A DNA stretch of 64,000 nt from a virus (IMGVR_UViG_3300042691_027241:11563-75562); one strand, 5' to 3'. Positions 21,401 to 32,594 are shown, counted from the stretch's first letter. A program made the numbers and translations. Notes: generated by a model from the letters alone, not told the origin.

Positions 21401-24400
21401 ATATGCAGTATTAGTTAATCCTGATATTATTAAAAAAGATGACATAATTTTTGTTAGTATTTTTAATAAAAATTTTGTGTCACCCAACGCCTATTATGAG
21501 GTTCCGTTAAATCTTGATATCAATGGACTTAACAGTAATCTTACTACCTTAACTTTAGGACAATTACGCAATCATCTGATTACTCTAAAAAACAACAGTT
21601 TAAATGTTCAGGGTAGAGTGCCAGGTGACAGTAATTTAAGAGATATTCAGTATATTAATCAAGGAGGTAGTGTATTACAACACAGTGCTCCTGTAGTGTA
21701 TGCTGGCTTATTTCTTAATCATCCTACGATGAATTTTGTAGATGCTATAAAATTAGCCAATAGAGAATATACAAAATTTAAAATTAAATTTATTGAGCTG
21801 GCAGGAAATTTAGAATTAGATCGAAATGATATCCCTGGTAGCGTTGATCAGATAATGTTGACTATTAATGCAGTAAAAAATGATAGTTTTCCGTGGTTCT
21901 ACAGCGACATGTTGCCTTATGGGCCAAACGAACGAGTCATTATTCCTACCTATACTGTGTTAGATCCTGATATCAAAACTTATGAAATAAACAATATATT
22001 CGTTGATACAGTTATTAGTAACAAAGCTGTGTTAGTCTATCTAACAAGAACTATAAACAGTGTTGAACAAAAAACTCTTTTAATAAAAGATAGAGATTAT
22101 TCTTTAAGACAGGACAGACCGGCAGTAGAAATTAAAGAAAGTTTTGGCTTGTTATACGGGGACAAAATTGATATTGTTGAGTATAACAACACCGATGGTT
22201 GTTATGTACCCGAAACACCTACAAAAATGGGCATGTATCCAAAGTATTACCCTGAAATCTACAGCGATGACACCTATAGACAACCAATTGATGTAATTCA
22301 AGGACATGACGGTAGTATCATGCCGGCATTTGGTGATTTCAGAGATCAACTTATATTAGAATTAGAACGTCGCATTTATAATAATATTAAAGTAAATTAT
22401 GATACAAACATTTTTAATCTTTATGATTATTTGCCAGGTAAGTTTAGAGTTACTGACTACTCCCTTGGGGAATTTAATCAAATTTTGAGTCAAGGGTTTT
22501 TATCTTGGATTGGTACTAATAGAATTGACTATACTACCAATAGCTTTTTCCAAGCTTCGGATCCTTTTACTTGGAACTATAAAAAATTTATTGATGCGGT
22601 AAATGGAGAAACTTCCCCAGGAACATGGCGAAGCATATTCAAATATTTTTACGATACAGACAGACCTCATACGCATCCCTGGGAGATGTTAGGATTCAGT
22701 GAAAAACCAAGTTATTGGGAAGATAGATATGGCCCTGCGCCTTACACCGGTGGCAATAGTATTTTATGGAGTGATCTGAGTTTAGGTTATATTCACGCTG
22801 GACCACGAATTGGGTTTGATTTAAGATATCAGCGTCCTAATTTATCATTTATTATCCCAGTAGACGAGAATGGCAATTTAAAGTCGCCCACAGAAATTGG
22901 TGGTTATAATCCAGTAACTGGACAAAAATTTGGTTTAATCGCTGATTTTGATAGTACAAAAGCAAATACCAGTTATGCTGTTGGTGACGTTGGACCCGTT
23001 GAACTGGCATGGCGTAGAAGTAGCGAATTTCCTTATGCTATACAGTTGGCATTGGCCCTATCCAAGCCAGCAAAGTATTTTTCTTTGATGGCAAATACAC
23101 AAAATTATATTAGAAATCCAATTACTGGTCAATTTGAAATCACTGCTACCGGACAGCACATAACACCAACTGCTTTATTGGTCCAAGGATACGACAATAA
23201 TGGAATTATAGAAAGAAATTCTGGTTACCTAAATTGGATAAGAGATTATGTCAAAAATTTAGGTATAGGTGATGCAGCTTCTCAAATCAAGGAAAATTTA
23301 ACTGAACTTGATGTACAGCTTGCATACAAAATGGCCGGATACACTGATAAAAGATTTATAGAGTTACTGGCTGAACAAAGTAGCCCAAGCAGTATCAACG
23401 ATAGTGTGGTAGTGCCAGAAGAAAACTACAGGATAGAACTGTATAAGGGCAGTCCGGTTAACAAGATTACATACAGTGCAGTGATAGTAGAAAAAAGCCC
23501 AAATGGATATACTGTGAGTGGCTTTGACTTAACTAACCCATACTTTTTTATTATTCCAAGTCAAGTGAATAATAATGCCTATTCTATAACATCAGGTAAA
23601 GAAAGAGGAATTGTTTACAAAGATTTTAAAAATGCAAAGTACACAGTGCCTTATGGATTTGAATTTAACTCTAAGCAACAAGTAGTTGATTTCTTAGTTA
23701 GCTATCAAAGGTATTTGTTAGCCCAAGGATTTATTTTCATCGATAGAGATAATGATTTAAAAGAACAAAAAGACTGGATTTTGAGTGCCAAAGAATTTTT
23801 ACACTGGAGTTCACAAGGGTGGAAAACAGGTAATATTATTGTACTAAGTCCGGTGAGTACTCAATTAAAAGTTTTTGACGAATCTTCGGTGGTCGATGAA
23901 ATCAAAAACACTCCGTATTCGAGTAGAGTGTTGGATATAAATTTTAAACCAATAATTAAAAACAATTTTACTGTGTATAGAAGCAGCAACACATTTACTT
24001 TTCAATCAAACGCCAATCAAACAATTGGATTTGCAGAATTAAATTTAGTTCAATTTGAACATCTTCTAATTTTAGATAATATAACGGTATTCAATGATAT
24101 TTTGTACGTACCAGAATTAGGAAACAGACAATATAGATTGAAACTGGTAGGAGCTAAAACAAGCAACTGGAATGGCAGTTTAGAATTACCAGGTTTTATA
24201 TATAGCAGCGATAAAGTCGACGAATGGGTGTCAGGCCAAGATTACTTAAAAGGGTCAATAGTCAAATATAAATTTAGATTTTATACTGCTATTCAGAATG
24301 TAACTGCATCAGATCAGTTTCAAACAAATTTCTGGAAATTAATAGCCTCATCAGAATTAAAATCTGGGATTATTAATAATTTGGCAACTAATGCCCAACA

Positions 24401-27400
24401 GGGAATAAATTTTTATGATATTGACAACCAACCAATAGCCGAAGATTTGCAATTGTTTAGTAACGGGCTAATAGGATTTAGAGATAGACAATATTTCAAC
24501 AACTTGGGTATAGACAACGCTACACAAAGTAAATTTTATCAAGGGTTGATTAAACAAAAAGGAACAATAAATTCTATCAATGCCCTTAAAGGAGCAAACT
24601 TTAATAATTTAGAAGCCAAAGTTAACTTTTACGAAAATTGGGCTGTGAGAATTGGCGAGTATGGGGCCACTGATGTTAACAAATTTATAGAGATTGAATT
24701 AAATGAATCTGCATTTAGTAGTAACCCTACATCTTTACAATTTGTCGACGATACAGTTGTACAGGAACCAGATGTTGTTACTTTTAATAAAAGTGACGTT
24801 TTTAAATCTGCAGGCGAATATGTTGCAAAACTCTTTGCTGCAGAGACCAATGATCAACCAAAAATTTACAAACCTTTACCAGTTGCGGGATTTGTAAATC
24901 TTGACGATATCGACGCCACTATTTTTGACTTAAATGATTATGAAACACTAACAACTATTGTTAACAATATTGGCACAGGTTACAAAATTTGGGTAGCAAG
25001 AGACTTTACAAAAAACTGGAATGTTTACCGATCCAGTTTAATCGAGGGTTCGTTATTTGCCCTAAGATATATTGTAGACGATATTGTTGAAGTTTATTTT
25101 GATAGAGATCATGGATTGTCAGAAGATGCTCTAATTGTTATCAAAAATTTTGATTCAAGATACGACGGAGTTTATCGAGTTGAAAATATAGTAGACTCCA
25201 ATAGATTTACTATCACAATGTATCAAAATTTGCAGAAGATAAAAGATGAACAAGCAGTTGCTGGTTCGGGAGTGTTATTTCAGCTTACTTCAACAAAGAT
25301 AAACGTAGCAAGTGATGTAGAATCTGTTCGGCCGGTTCAAGGGTGGGTAGAGAATGATAAAATTTGGGTTAACAATTTAGACAATCAACAAAACTGGGGA
25401 GTTTACAACAAGACCAGCCCTTGGAAATATATCAGCAAAGTTGAATTAGATCCAAGTAAGATGTCCGGAAATGATAATTTTGGGCAAGCAGTAAGTCTTG
25501 ATCCGAGTACAGGCAGACTTTTATATGCTGGCGCACCAAATTCGGGTACGGGTCGAGCTGCAATTTTTGTGCGATCAGGAAACAACTCGTGGGTACCAAG
25601 TTCTTTTTTCTGGGGAAATAGCACAGGATTAGATAGTTATGGTAAGGTAGTTGCCAATGGCAATGGATACTTTGCAGTAGCGGCCCCAGATAGTCAGTCT
25701 GGGACCGGGTACGTGTACATGTACAACGATGGGGTCTTAATACAGATTATCACCGATGATATGGGTGTTGCCAATGACTATTTTGGTAGTGCTATCGCAA
25801 TGAGTCATGACGGGCGTTACATGTACATTGGTTCTCCGGGTGCTGATAAAGTTCTATGTTACGCAGTTGTAACAAGAACAGAGGAAGCACAAAGTATAGT
25901 AGGTACAGGCTCGGCTACAACTTATACTTTAACGTCTTCTTTAGACAAACCAAGCGATTTAGTTGTGTTTGCAACATTAAGATCGGCTGAATATATTCCT
26001 ACTGTGGACTATACACTAACTCAAGCATCAAATGGTATTATATCATTTAATCAGACCGGAAACGGTGCAGTAGGTGGCGGAACACTCACTTACAATAACT
26101 TAGCTGCCACTGGAGGCACTGGTTCCGGTGCTACATTCACTGTAATTAATAGTAATTCAGGTGCCTATTCGGTCTCAAGAATCAATGGAGGATCAGGATA
26201 TAGCAATGGCGATACTCTTACTATTCTTGGTAGTAGTCTTGGCGGCACTGCCCCGGCCAATAATCTTACATTGACTGTGTCGAGTAAAGGAACTATCGAT
26301 AATATCAGTTTTGTTGCTGCCCCAGTAAATTTTGAACGCATTGATTTAATTAGAAGATCAAAGTTTTATAAATTGATAGGCACTATATCAGGACCAACTG
26401 CAGGCGCTAATTTTGGAACATCTGTTGTGACCAACAAGGACGGTTCTGTAATAGTAATAGGTTCAAATTTAGACACAAACTTTAATATTGATAATAATGG
26501 TAAAGTAAATGTCTATCAAAGAACAATTACTGAATTTACAACTGATGGTGTATCAGGAACGTTTAATACTCCTCTTCCGGTAGCTGATGTTTTCAGAGTT
26601 ACATTTAACGGTACTGAATTAGTGAATGGAACCGATTATTATTTGGTTGGAAGTAGTGCGATACAGTTTCCTCCTTTTGCTACTCCTGTTATAGGACAAA
26701 AATTAGTAGTTGAAACTAATAATTTTTTACCAACCCAAGATTTGTATCCTTCACTAAGTGGTGTAATTGGACAAAAATTTGGTAGTGCATTGGCAGTATG
26801 TAATACAGGTTGTAATGTTTATGTAGCAAGTCCGTATTACGCAGAATCACATTACAGTGAAGGACTGGTTACTCGTTTTGTTAATAATGGCAGAGTATAC
26901 GGAGAAGTAACAGGCACAGTCGAAAATCCTACAGTGATACCAGGAGATACTTTTGTTATCAATGATAGAACTCTGACAGTAAACGGAACAACTTTAGCAA
27001 GTGTGATATCATTGATAAATGCAGCCAGCATTCCAGGAGTTCAGGCAGAAAATTTTGATAATAAGTTAAAAATTACAAGTGATAGTGCAGTTGCTAACAA
27101 TAAACTTGATATCAAAATGGGCATAGGATCCGTTATATACGATTTAGGAATAGAAATTTATTCTGTTGCTCAGACAATAAAACATCCAAATTTAAACGGA
27201 GAAAGATTTGGTACAGCACTGGCACTTTCACAAGCCTCTGGAATGTTGGCTGTAACAAGCGATGGTGCCGATATTTCTGTACCAACAACCTTTGATACTT
27301 CATTTACTTTAACAACTTTTGATAGCAATAGCACAACATTTGTTGCTTTGGCTCAAGATTCTGGTGCCGTCTATATATATGATTTAATGGAAAATCCTTT

Positions 27401-30400
27401 TGAATCGCAACAAAATCCAGCAATTTTTGCATATACTCAAAAACTTGTAGGTCCAGATTTAGATACAGGATTCAATTTTGGTGCAAGTACAAGTATATTC
27501 AACGGTACACTTGTAGCCGGTGTAACCAATGACTACAATATTGTACCAGGTGGAGGAAGTATCTATGCTTACTATAATGAAAATAACACAGGCGGCTGGG
27601 ATTTAATAAGATACAAAGACAAACAAGTTGATCCGGCAACTATAAATTCGGCTTTCATATACAACAATAAGCAACAACAAATCATTTCTTTCTTTGATAT
27701 TTACGATCCTGCAAAAGGAAAATTGTTAGGCGTTGTGGATCAAGAATTAGACTACAAAGAAGAATATGACCCGGCTGCTTATAATGTTGTACAAGGTTCT
27801 GATCAAATTCAAAATTCTACTTTTTATTGGTCATCTCGGCACGTTGGTAAAACATGGTTTGACACCAGCAAGGCCAGTTTTATTGAATACGAACAAGGAT
27901 CTTTACAATACCGAGAAAAAAATTGGGGATCTCTCTTCCCTGGAAGCCAGGTAAAAATATATGAATGGGTTGAGAGTAATTTTCTTCCAAGTCAATATGC
28001 AAATTCTGGCCAAGATGGAGTTCCAAAATATCCAGATAATTCGGCTTATACAAGTGTAACTATTGTTGACCCATCAACTGGAATAATATCACAAAAGTAT
28101 TATTATTGGGTAGGAAATAAAACTTCTGTTGATGTATTGAAATCTAAAAGATCTTTAAGTATTCAATCATTGGAAAAATACATTAGCAATCCAAAAGACC
28201 AGAATATACCTTACATTGCTGCGTTATCACAAAATAGTGTGGCTCTATACAATATTGCAAATAATTTATCAGCCAATGACGTAGTTTTACACATTGATAC
28301 TGCTACTTCAAGAAATAAGAATATTATTCATAACGAGTATCAATTGATACAGCAAGGTAACCCTGACCAAACAATACCTGCCCGTGTGCTTAAAAAAATG
28401 AAGGATAGTTTTGTAGGCTTTGATGACTCGGGTAAAATCGTTCCAGATCCTAATCTTCCTCCTGAAAATAGTATCGGTCTTTTAATCAGACCAAGACAAG
28501 GAATTTTTGTTAATAGATTAGCAGCTTTGAAAAATTTTGTTTTACAATTAAACACAATATTCAAAAAGAACCCAACTCTGCTAATTTCGAACCCATCTAC
28601 AATGTATTCCGAGGACCCTCTTCCTGCCACATACGACTCTGAAGTAGGCTCCTTTACTGAAATTGAATATTTGGATGTTGACGCATTTGCTGATGGGTAC
28701 ACTATTTTAATTAGAAATGATTCTCGTTATAATGGAAGATGGACACTTTATGAGTTCAATGGTCAGACCAAGAAATTTGAACTGCTGTTGATTCAAAGTT
28801 ATAAGACACCAATTTGGTGGAGTAAAATAGATTGGTACAGCGAAGAATACGAAACCGGTAAAGAAATAAAATACGTAGTTGACACCTATGGTCAGATTTT
28901 GTCGCTAAATTTAATACCAGATGATTATGTAAAAATTTTAGATGATGGAATAGGCAATTGGTTAATATTCAGAGTCGAAAATGATCTAAGTTTAACTTTA
29001 CTTGCCGCTCAAAATGCCTCTATAGAGATTAAAGATACTATATATGAATTAAAATACGGTGCAGGCTTTGATTCAACTGTGTTTGACATTGTAGATTTTG
29101 ACCCAGCAGCAGCTAAAGAAGTTGGTCAAATTTTTGAGAGTGTGTACAAAGAAATTTTAATCAACAGTTTAGCAATTGATTTTAACAATTTATTTTTTGC
29201 AATAGTTAACTTTATCATAGCCGAACAAAAAAACCCAGACTGGATTTTTAAAAGTAGTTTCATTGATGTTTATCACAGTCTACGAAATTTAGAACAATTG
29301 CCTAATTATATTAAAGATAATCAAAGTTTTTATGAAGATTATATTAAAGAAATCAAACCATATAGAACAATAATAAAAGAATTTGTTCCACAATACAGTA
29401 AAACTGATGAGGCAACAGGTAATTGGGCAGATTTTGATTTACCAGCAAGATATTTCTCGACAGAGGCAATCTACAGATCCCCGGACGTCATTAACTCAAC
29501 CGATGCTTACTTATTCGAAGACGTTCCGGTTTATTCAACCTATGCCGAAAACTACAAATTTAAAATATCAGGCTATCTATTAGGAAATGTTGGCCAGAAT
29601 TATATTCTACCTCCTAATGTCGAAATAGTCGGCGGCGGAGGCACAGGTGCCGCTGCTATTACAACTATAAATTCCACTACCGGCAAATTAACAGGAATTT
29701 ATGTAACCAATCCCGGATCTGGTTACACCAGTACTCCCAGTGTTTTTATAAACGGTGTAGGCGAAGGCGCTACAGCATATCCATTACTTAAAAACGAATA
29801 TGATAGGGAAGGTAGTTACAATACTGTGCGTGGTATCACAACAAACTTAAAATTTGATAGAATTACTTACTCAAGTAATATAGCTGAATGGCAACCTAAT
29901 ACAGCATATCAGCCCACAATCGTTGTAGATGGCAACAAAGCTAATGCATGGAATTTAAATAGATTGCGTTATGCAGAGGCTACAGTTATAACTTCTCAAG
30001 ACAATGATGTTACTGAAGTGTTCTTCAAGAGTGACGGTACTGCTATGTATGTGGTTGGAAATTCCACTGATAGAATTTATCAATATGCTCTTGGGATACC
30101 GTGGGATGTAACAACAGCTTCAAATATTGGAGCAGCCAATTTAGCTCCACAAGACACAAATGTACAAGGATTGTACATCAAAGATGATGGCACAAAAATG
30201 TTCACAGTTGGAACGAGTACTGATTCAATTTATCAGTACCGCTTGGCTACAGCATGGATGGTGAATACTGCTTCGGTTATATCTTCTGTAGATATTAGTT
30301 CTGAAGAATCAAGTGCTCGAGCCATTGAGTTTAGTCAAGACGGATTCAATTTGTATATATTAGGTACATTAAATGATACGGTGTATCAATATGAATTGAC

Positions 30401-32594
30401 CATACCATGGGAAATAACAAGTGCAAATTACTCTGGAAAATCATTGGTCGTACTTCCAAAAGATAATTTTCCAACCGCACTCAGATTCAAAACAGACGGT
30501 TCAAAATTATATGTAGTTGGCCAGCAAAATGATAAAATCAATGAATATACATTAACCACCAATTGGGACGTTTCAACTGCCGTATTTACTAACAGTTTTG
30601 ACCTTGAAACAAACACCCCTACAGGCATGTTTGTAAGTTATGATGGCACAAAAATTTATGTGTCAGATTCGGGCACAGACGAAATTAGACAGTACAATTT
30701 TAATTCTGATGGTATTATTCCTATTGACTCAAATGTCTATATTGCCAGTGGCAATCTCATTTATTACAACAATGAAGCATACCTTGCAACTAATGCTAAT
30801 ATTAGTTCACAATCAACCTTTGATTTTACAAGATACAACAAAGTAGATAGTGGAAATGTATTATTGAATGCGGCTGATAGAATATCCGCGTACTATTTTC
30901 CGGAAGTTGGAAGACCAGGTAAAGACTTGGAACAGTTGATGTTTGGTGCAGGATTTCCGGGCAATAAAATTCAAGGAAAAACATTTGATGCCAATAGCTT
31001 TACTTTAACAAGTAATATAATTGGATTCAATTATACTGGAATGAAAATTACCAGTGCAAACATTCAGGCAGTTGATTTTCTTGACAGCGGTTTTGAATTA
31101 AACGATACTATTCGTATAAAGGGACAATATAGTTTTGATTTTAAGAATGATGCTGATTTTAAAGTAATCAGCGTTGATCATACTGAAATGATGTTGTCTG
31201 GACCACCAATTGAAACTATCTATACTATCACTTTAAGTTCAAATATAACTAACGTCCAGGCTGGTGATTATATAACTCAGGCTAATACCTCCGCTAATGC
31301 ATATATTTTACATGACTATGCTGATGCCAATGTGATTCAAATAATACACAGTGTTACAGGATTTACAGTTTCTGCTAATACAATTAGAATCAATGGAGTA
31401 AGTAATGCTGCCGGTATATCTGAAATTATTACTGGCGGCACAGCCAATGTAAAAATTACCAATCTAACAATTGACAACCTATTAGATTCTAATATTGCAA
31501 GTTTTTACAAAGATACCGCACTTGGTACAAGACCTGAAGATATCAATATTGTTGGTGGAAGTTACGTTGATGGGTATCACAGTCATGCACCTGAAGAATT
31601 GATTCCTGGAAGAATTTATGATGCGTTAGAAATAAAAACATTCACTAATAATAGTTCAAACACCGCTACTTATGGATTCAGAGAATTCAAACCAATGCGG
31701 GGCAATATTGAGTTTTATAGAATTAGTGCCAATTCCACCACTTATCTAAGTGCCAATTTAAACATTGCCGATGTTGATATTTTTGTAAGTAATGCAGCTA
31801 TTTTACCTGATCCCGGGACAGCAGCAGGAATACCAGGAGAAATTTTCATTAACGGCGAACTTATTCATTACTATCAAAAGTATGATAGCGTCAAAATATC
31901 TGCGGCCACGTCGTGGACAGCAAATACTTTTTATAATACTGACACATTAATTGCTTACAATAGCAATACATATTTGGTATTGGGCAATGTTTACGCCAAC
32001 GCTACATCATATATCAGTAACAGTAGCGTGAGACAAGTTTTTGTAAATACTTTGTCGCAGTTGCGTAGGGGGGTTGACGGCACAGGAGTAGCCACGCAAC
32101 ACCTTACCAATTCTAAAGTTGTTGATACAAGTTTGGTTCAGGTATTGCCCGATGTTGGTCCTAAGCTTGCTACAGTTACTGGAAATTATAATACTACAGC
32201 TAACGTAACTTGGAGAATAACATTAGGTAGTCCAATTACAGCAAATATTGGCAATTACCTTGTACAATCTGGAAATACAGCAAATGTAAGACTGCTTGGT
32301 AACGTAATTTCTTCAAACACAGTAGCAGTCCATTTTGTGGTTGGTAACTTAACCATTGGGTCTGATGTGCTTACTATTTTTAATCAGCTTAATAATACTT
32401 ACATTGGCACAGTAGCTAACGTTACAGCCATGGAAATTTTAGGAAAAGTAGATGCAAATGGTAATGTAGCTTTGGTAAATGAAACAATAACCCAGAGTAA
32501 TTTATGGATCCCGCTTAATACCGGAGTGGGATTAGAAGGCAGCACCGCACTTGCAGCTGAGTTTATAAGAGAGGAACCTAGTTATATACCATGA
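18402..32594 (+). CDS. Giant 4730-aa virion protein (putative gp7-like wedge fused to beta-propeller and repeat domains)
   Basis: Follows gp6; N-terminal FLPEIFQ wedge-like start; FG-GAP-type repeats, GSGY.S.P.V repeats, a second repeat propeller and a C-terminal LRRGVDGT motif. Confidence 0.7.
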   Translation: MAVIKTHQFLPEIFQTETNKKFLNATLDQLVNEPALKKINGYIGRKLAPSYKVNDSYILENNKERQNYQLEPSLIIKNNVTSEIEFATTYIDIINKLKYHGSLTDNHNRLFDNEYYTYDPKIDLDKFVNFSQYYWLPNGPDPVTVTANGVKLQQSFTVTYDSVQGIYKFSEYGETPNPTLTLARGGTYDFVINEPGNEFFIQSRPGANGLDPNFLNLTTRQVLGVSNNGADVGTIRFTVPASSAQSQWTSMPLVDTVDYATTLGFHQLLGANPEELITNFGGIDGPVRYLDNASVVFTNVEYIDDTFWNDSSRVDNGVVYFDDPKLIPFSQRNSIFTIKIERDQNNVERIVLFPKLPVANEHKVKIKGGQTYAGREFYSRLNLLTLVPYVTAPQDFLFYQSGENNDASGLINLVAPTTSTIDPQTDIVGRTDYKSPNGVTFTNGLKVRFDSSALEQWQNKNYYVEGVGSAINLVPEDELVSIESINSSTVLEAGQGYVIGDRLNFTGGTGTANATVVIKDIVLDTATATATINSTTGVVNNITIVNGGSGYLSAPAVTIDSAPTGNPSAFAHAVISNGVVTNIIIDSAGLNYASPPTVTIAPPTSGPIKDFFIKDRGNYSVLPQNPIKLEGGLGTEALLNAYLQPVLADYITIKRSSIDRNPWSRANRWFHMDVIEKTAEYNGVNAIYNQTSRASRPIIEFNESLQLFNFGAEAKRPVDILDTTIQNAFTQVQGVICIDEKILTIGNLTLTHGDRVIFSNDINNDVRNKIYNFTIEATTEFPPAVTYKAYIQETEDTNISERNTVLVLSGDNGGKQWYYNGNSWTASQTKTQYSQEPLFDIINDNGISFGDNLNYSGTTFNGTKIFSYKKGTGSADPVIGFPLSYKNFVSQGDIQFDNNFDFETFTYLLNNGAVETIKINSGYLQKNLNAETNQRQNIWTINRDFSKQYQNYQFTYDGETNLFPIDNPPDTSVINPNIKITVNNQILSIGNFAITKVVDQYAVLVNPDIIKKDDIIFVSIFNKNFVSPNAYYEVPLNLDINGLNSNLTTLTLGQLRNHLITLKNNSLNVQGRVPGDSNLRDIQYINQGGSVLQHSAPVVYAGLFLNHPTMNFVDAIKLANREYTKFKIKFIELAGNLELDRNDIPGSVDQIMLTINAVKNDSFPWFYSDMLPYGPNERVIIPTYTVLDPDIKTYEINNIFVDTVISNKAVLVYLTRTINSVEQKTLLIKDRDYSLRQDRPAVEIKESFGLLYGDKIDIVEYNNTDGCYVPETPTKMGMYPKYYPEIYSDDTYRQPIDVIQGHDGSIMPAFGDFRDQLILELERRIYNNIKVNYDTNIFNLYDYLPGKFRVTDYSLGEFNQILSQGFLSWIGTNRIDYTTNSFFQASDPFTWNYKKFIDAVNGETSPGTWRSIFKYFYDTDRPHTHPWEMLGFSEKPSYWEDRYGPAPYTGGNSILWSDLSLGYIHAGPRIGFDLRYQRPNLSFIIPVDENGNLKSPTEIGGYNPVTGQKFGLIADFDSTKANTSYAVGDVGPVELAWRRSSEFPYAIQLALALSKPAKYFSLMANTQNYIRNPITGQFEITATGQHITPTALLVQGYDNNGIIERNSGYLNWIRDYVKNLGIGDAASQIKENLTELDVQLAYKMAGYTDKRFIELLAEQSSPSSINDSVVVPEENYRIELYKGSPVNKITYSAVIVEKSPNGYTVSGFDLTNPYFFIIPSQVNNNAYSITSGKERGIVYKDFKNAKYTVPYGFEFNSKQQVVDFLVSYQRYLLAQGFIFIDRDNDLKEQKDWILSAKEFLHWSSQGWKTGNIIVLSPVSTQLKVFDESSVVDEIKNTPYSSRVLDINFKPIIKNNFTVYRSSNTFTFQSNANQTIGFAELNLVQFEHLLILDNITVFNDILYVPELGNRQYRLKLVGAKTSNWNGSLELPGFIYSSDKVDEWVSGQDYLKGSIVKYKFRFYTAIQNVTASDQFQTNFWKLIASSELKSGIINNLATNAQQGINFYDIDNQPIAEDLQLFSNGLIGFRDRQYFNNLGIDNATQSKFYQGLIKQKGTINSINALKGANFNNLEAKVNFYENWAVRIGEYGATDVNKFIEIELNESAFSSNPTSLQFVDDTVVQEPDVVTFNKSDVFKSAGEYVAKLFAAETNDQPKIYKPLPVAGFVNLDDIDATIFDLNDYETLTTIVNNIGTGYKIWVARDFTKNWNVYRSSLIEGSLFALRYIVDDIVEVYFDRDHGLSEDALIVIKNFDSRYDGVYRVENIVDSNRFTITMYQNLQKIKDEQAVAGSGVLFQLTSTKINVASDVESVRPVQGWVENDKIWVNNLDNQQNWGVYNKTSPWKYISKVELDPSKMSGNDNFGQAVSLDPSTGRLLYAGAPNSGTGRAAIFVRSGNNSWVPSSFFWGNSTGLDSYGKVVANGNGYFAVAAPDSQSGTGYVYMYNDGVLIQIITDDMGVANDYFGSAIAMSHDGRYMYIGSPGADKVLCYAVVTRTEEAQSIVGTGSATTYTLTSSLDKPSDLVVFATLRSAEYIPTVDYTLTQASNGIISFNQTGNGAVGGGTLTYNNLAATGGTGSGATFTVINSNSGAYSVSRINGGSGYSNGDTLTILGSSLGGTAPANNLTLTVSSKGTIDNISFVAAPVNFERIDLIRRSKFYKLIGTISGPTAGANFGTSVVTNKDGSVIVIGSNLDTNFNIDNNGKVNVYQRTITEFTTDGVSGTFNTPLPVADVFRVTFNGTELVNGTDYYLVGSSAIQFPPFATPVIGQKLVVETNNFLPTQDLYPSLSGVIGQKFGSALAVCNTGCNVYVASPYYAESHYSEGLVTRFVNNGRVYGEVTGTVENPTVIPGDTFVINDRTLTVNGTTLASVISLINAASIPGVQAENFDNKLKITSDSAVANNKLDIKMGIGSVIYDLGIEIYSVAQTIKHPNLNGERFGTALALSQASGMLAVTSDGADISVPTTFDTSFTLTTFDSNSTTFVALAQDSGAVYIYDLMENPFESQQNPAIFAYTQKLVGPDLDTGFNFGASTSIFNGTLVAGVTNDYNIVPGGGSIYAYYNENNTGGWDLIRYKDKQVDPATINSAFIYNNKQQQIISFFDIYDPAKGKLLGVVDQELDYKEEYDPAAYNVVQGSDQIQNSTFYWSSRHVGKTWFDTSKASFIEYEQGSLQYREKNWGSLFPGSQVKIYEWVESNFLPSQYANSGQDGVPKYPDNSAYTSVTIVDPSTGIISQKYYYWVGNKTSVDVLKSKRSLSIQSLEKYISNPKDQNIPYIAALSQNSVALYNIANNLSANDVVLHIDTATSRNKNIIHNEYQLIQQGNPDQTIPARVLKKMKDSFVGFDDSGKIVPDPNLPPENSIGLLIRPRQGIFVNRLAALKNFVLQLNTIFKKNPTLLISNPSTMYSEDPLPATYDSEVGSFTEIEYLDVDAFADGYTILIRNDSRYNGRWTLYEFNGQTKKFELLLIQSYKTPIWWSKIDWYSEEYETGKEIKYVVDTYGQILSLNLIPDDYVKILDDGIGNWLIFRVENDLSLTLLAAQNASIEIKDTIYELKYGAGFDSTVFDIVDFDPAAAKEVGQIFESVYKEILINSLAIDFNNLFFAIVNFIIAEQKNPDWIFKSSFIDVYHSLRNLEQLPNYIKDNQSFYEDYIKEIKPYRTIIKEFVPQYSKTDEATGNWADFDLPARYFSTEAIYRSPDVINSTDAYLFEDVPVYSTYAENYKFKISGYLLGNVGQNYILPPNVEIVGGGGTGAAAITTINSTTGKLTGIYVTNPGSGYTSTPSVFINGVGEGATAYPLLKNEYDREGSYNTVRGITTNLKFDRITYSSNIAEWQPNTAYQPTIVVDGNKANAWNLNRLRYAEATVITSQDNDVTEVFFKSDGTAMYVVGNSTDRIYQYALGIPWDVTTASNIGAANLAPQDTNVQGLYIKDDGTKMFTVGTSTDSIYQYRLATAWMVNTASVISSVDISSEESSARAIEFSQDGFNLYILGTLNDTVYQYELTIPWEITSANYSGKSLVVLPKDNFPTALRFKTDGSKLYVVGQQNDKINEYTLTTNWDVSTAVFTNSFDLETNTPTGMFVSYDGTKIYVSDSGTDEIRQYNFNSDGIIPIDSNVYIASGNLIYYNNEAYLATNANISSQSTFDFTRYNKVDSGNVLLNAADRISAYYFPEVGRPGKDLEQLMFGAGFPGNKIQGKTFDANSFTLTSNIIGFNYTGMKITSANIQAVDFLDSGFELNDTIRIKGQYSFDFKNDADFKVISVDHTEMMLSGPPIETIYTITLSSNITNVQAGDYITQANTSANAYILHDYADANVIQIIHSVTGFTVSANTIRINGVSNAAGISEIITGGTANVKITNLTIDNLLDSNIASFYKDTALGTRPEDINIVGGSYVDGYHSHAPEELIPGRIYDALEIKTFTNNSSNTATYGFREFKPMRGNIEFYRISANSTTYLSANLNIADVDIFVSNAAILPDPGTAAGIPGEIFINGELIHYYQKYDSVKISAATSWTANTFYNTDTLIAYNSNTYLVLGNVYANATSYISNSSVRQVFVNTLSQLRRGVDGTGVATQHLTNSKVVDTSLVQVLPDVGPKLATVTGNYNTTANVTWRITLGSPITANIGNYLVQSGNTANVRLLGNVISSNTVAVHFVVGNLTIGSDVLTIFNQLNNTYIGTVANVTAMEILGKVDANGNVALVNETITQSNLWIPLNTGVGLEGSTALAAEFIREEPSYIP

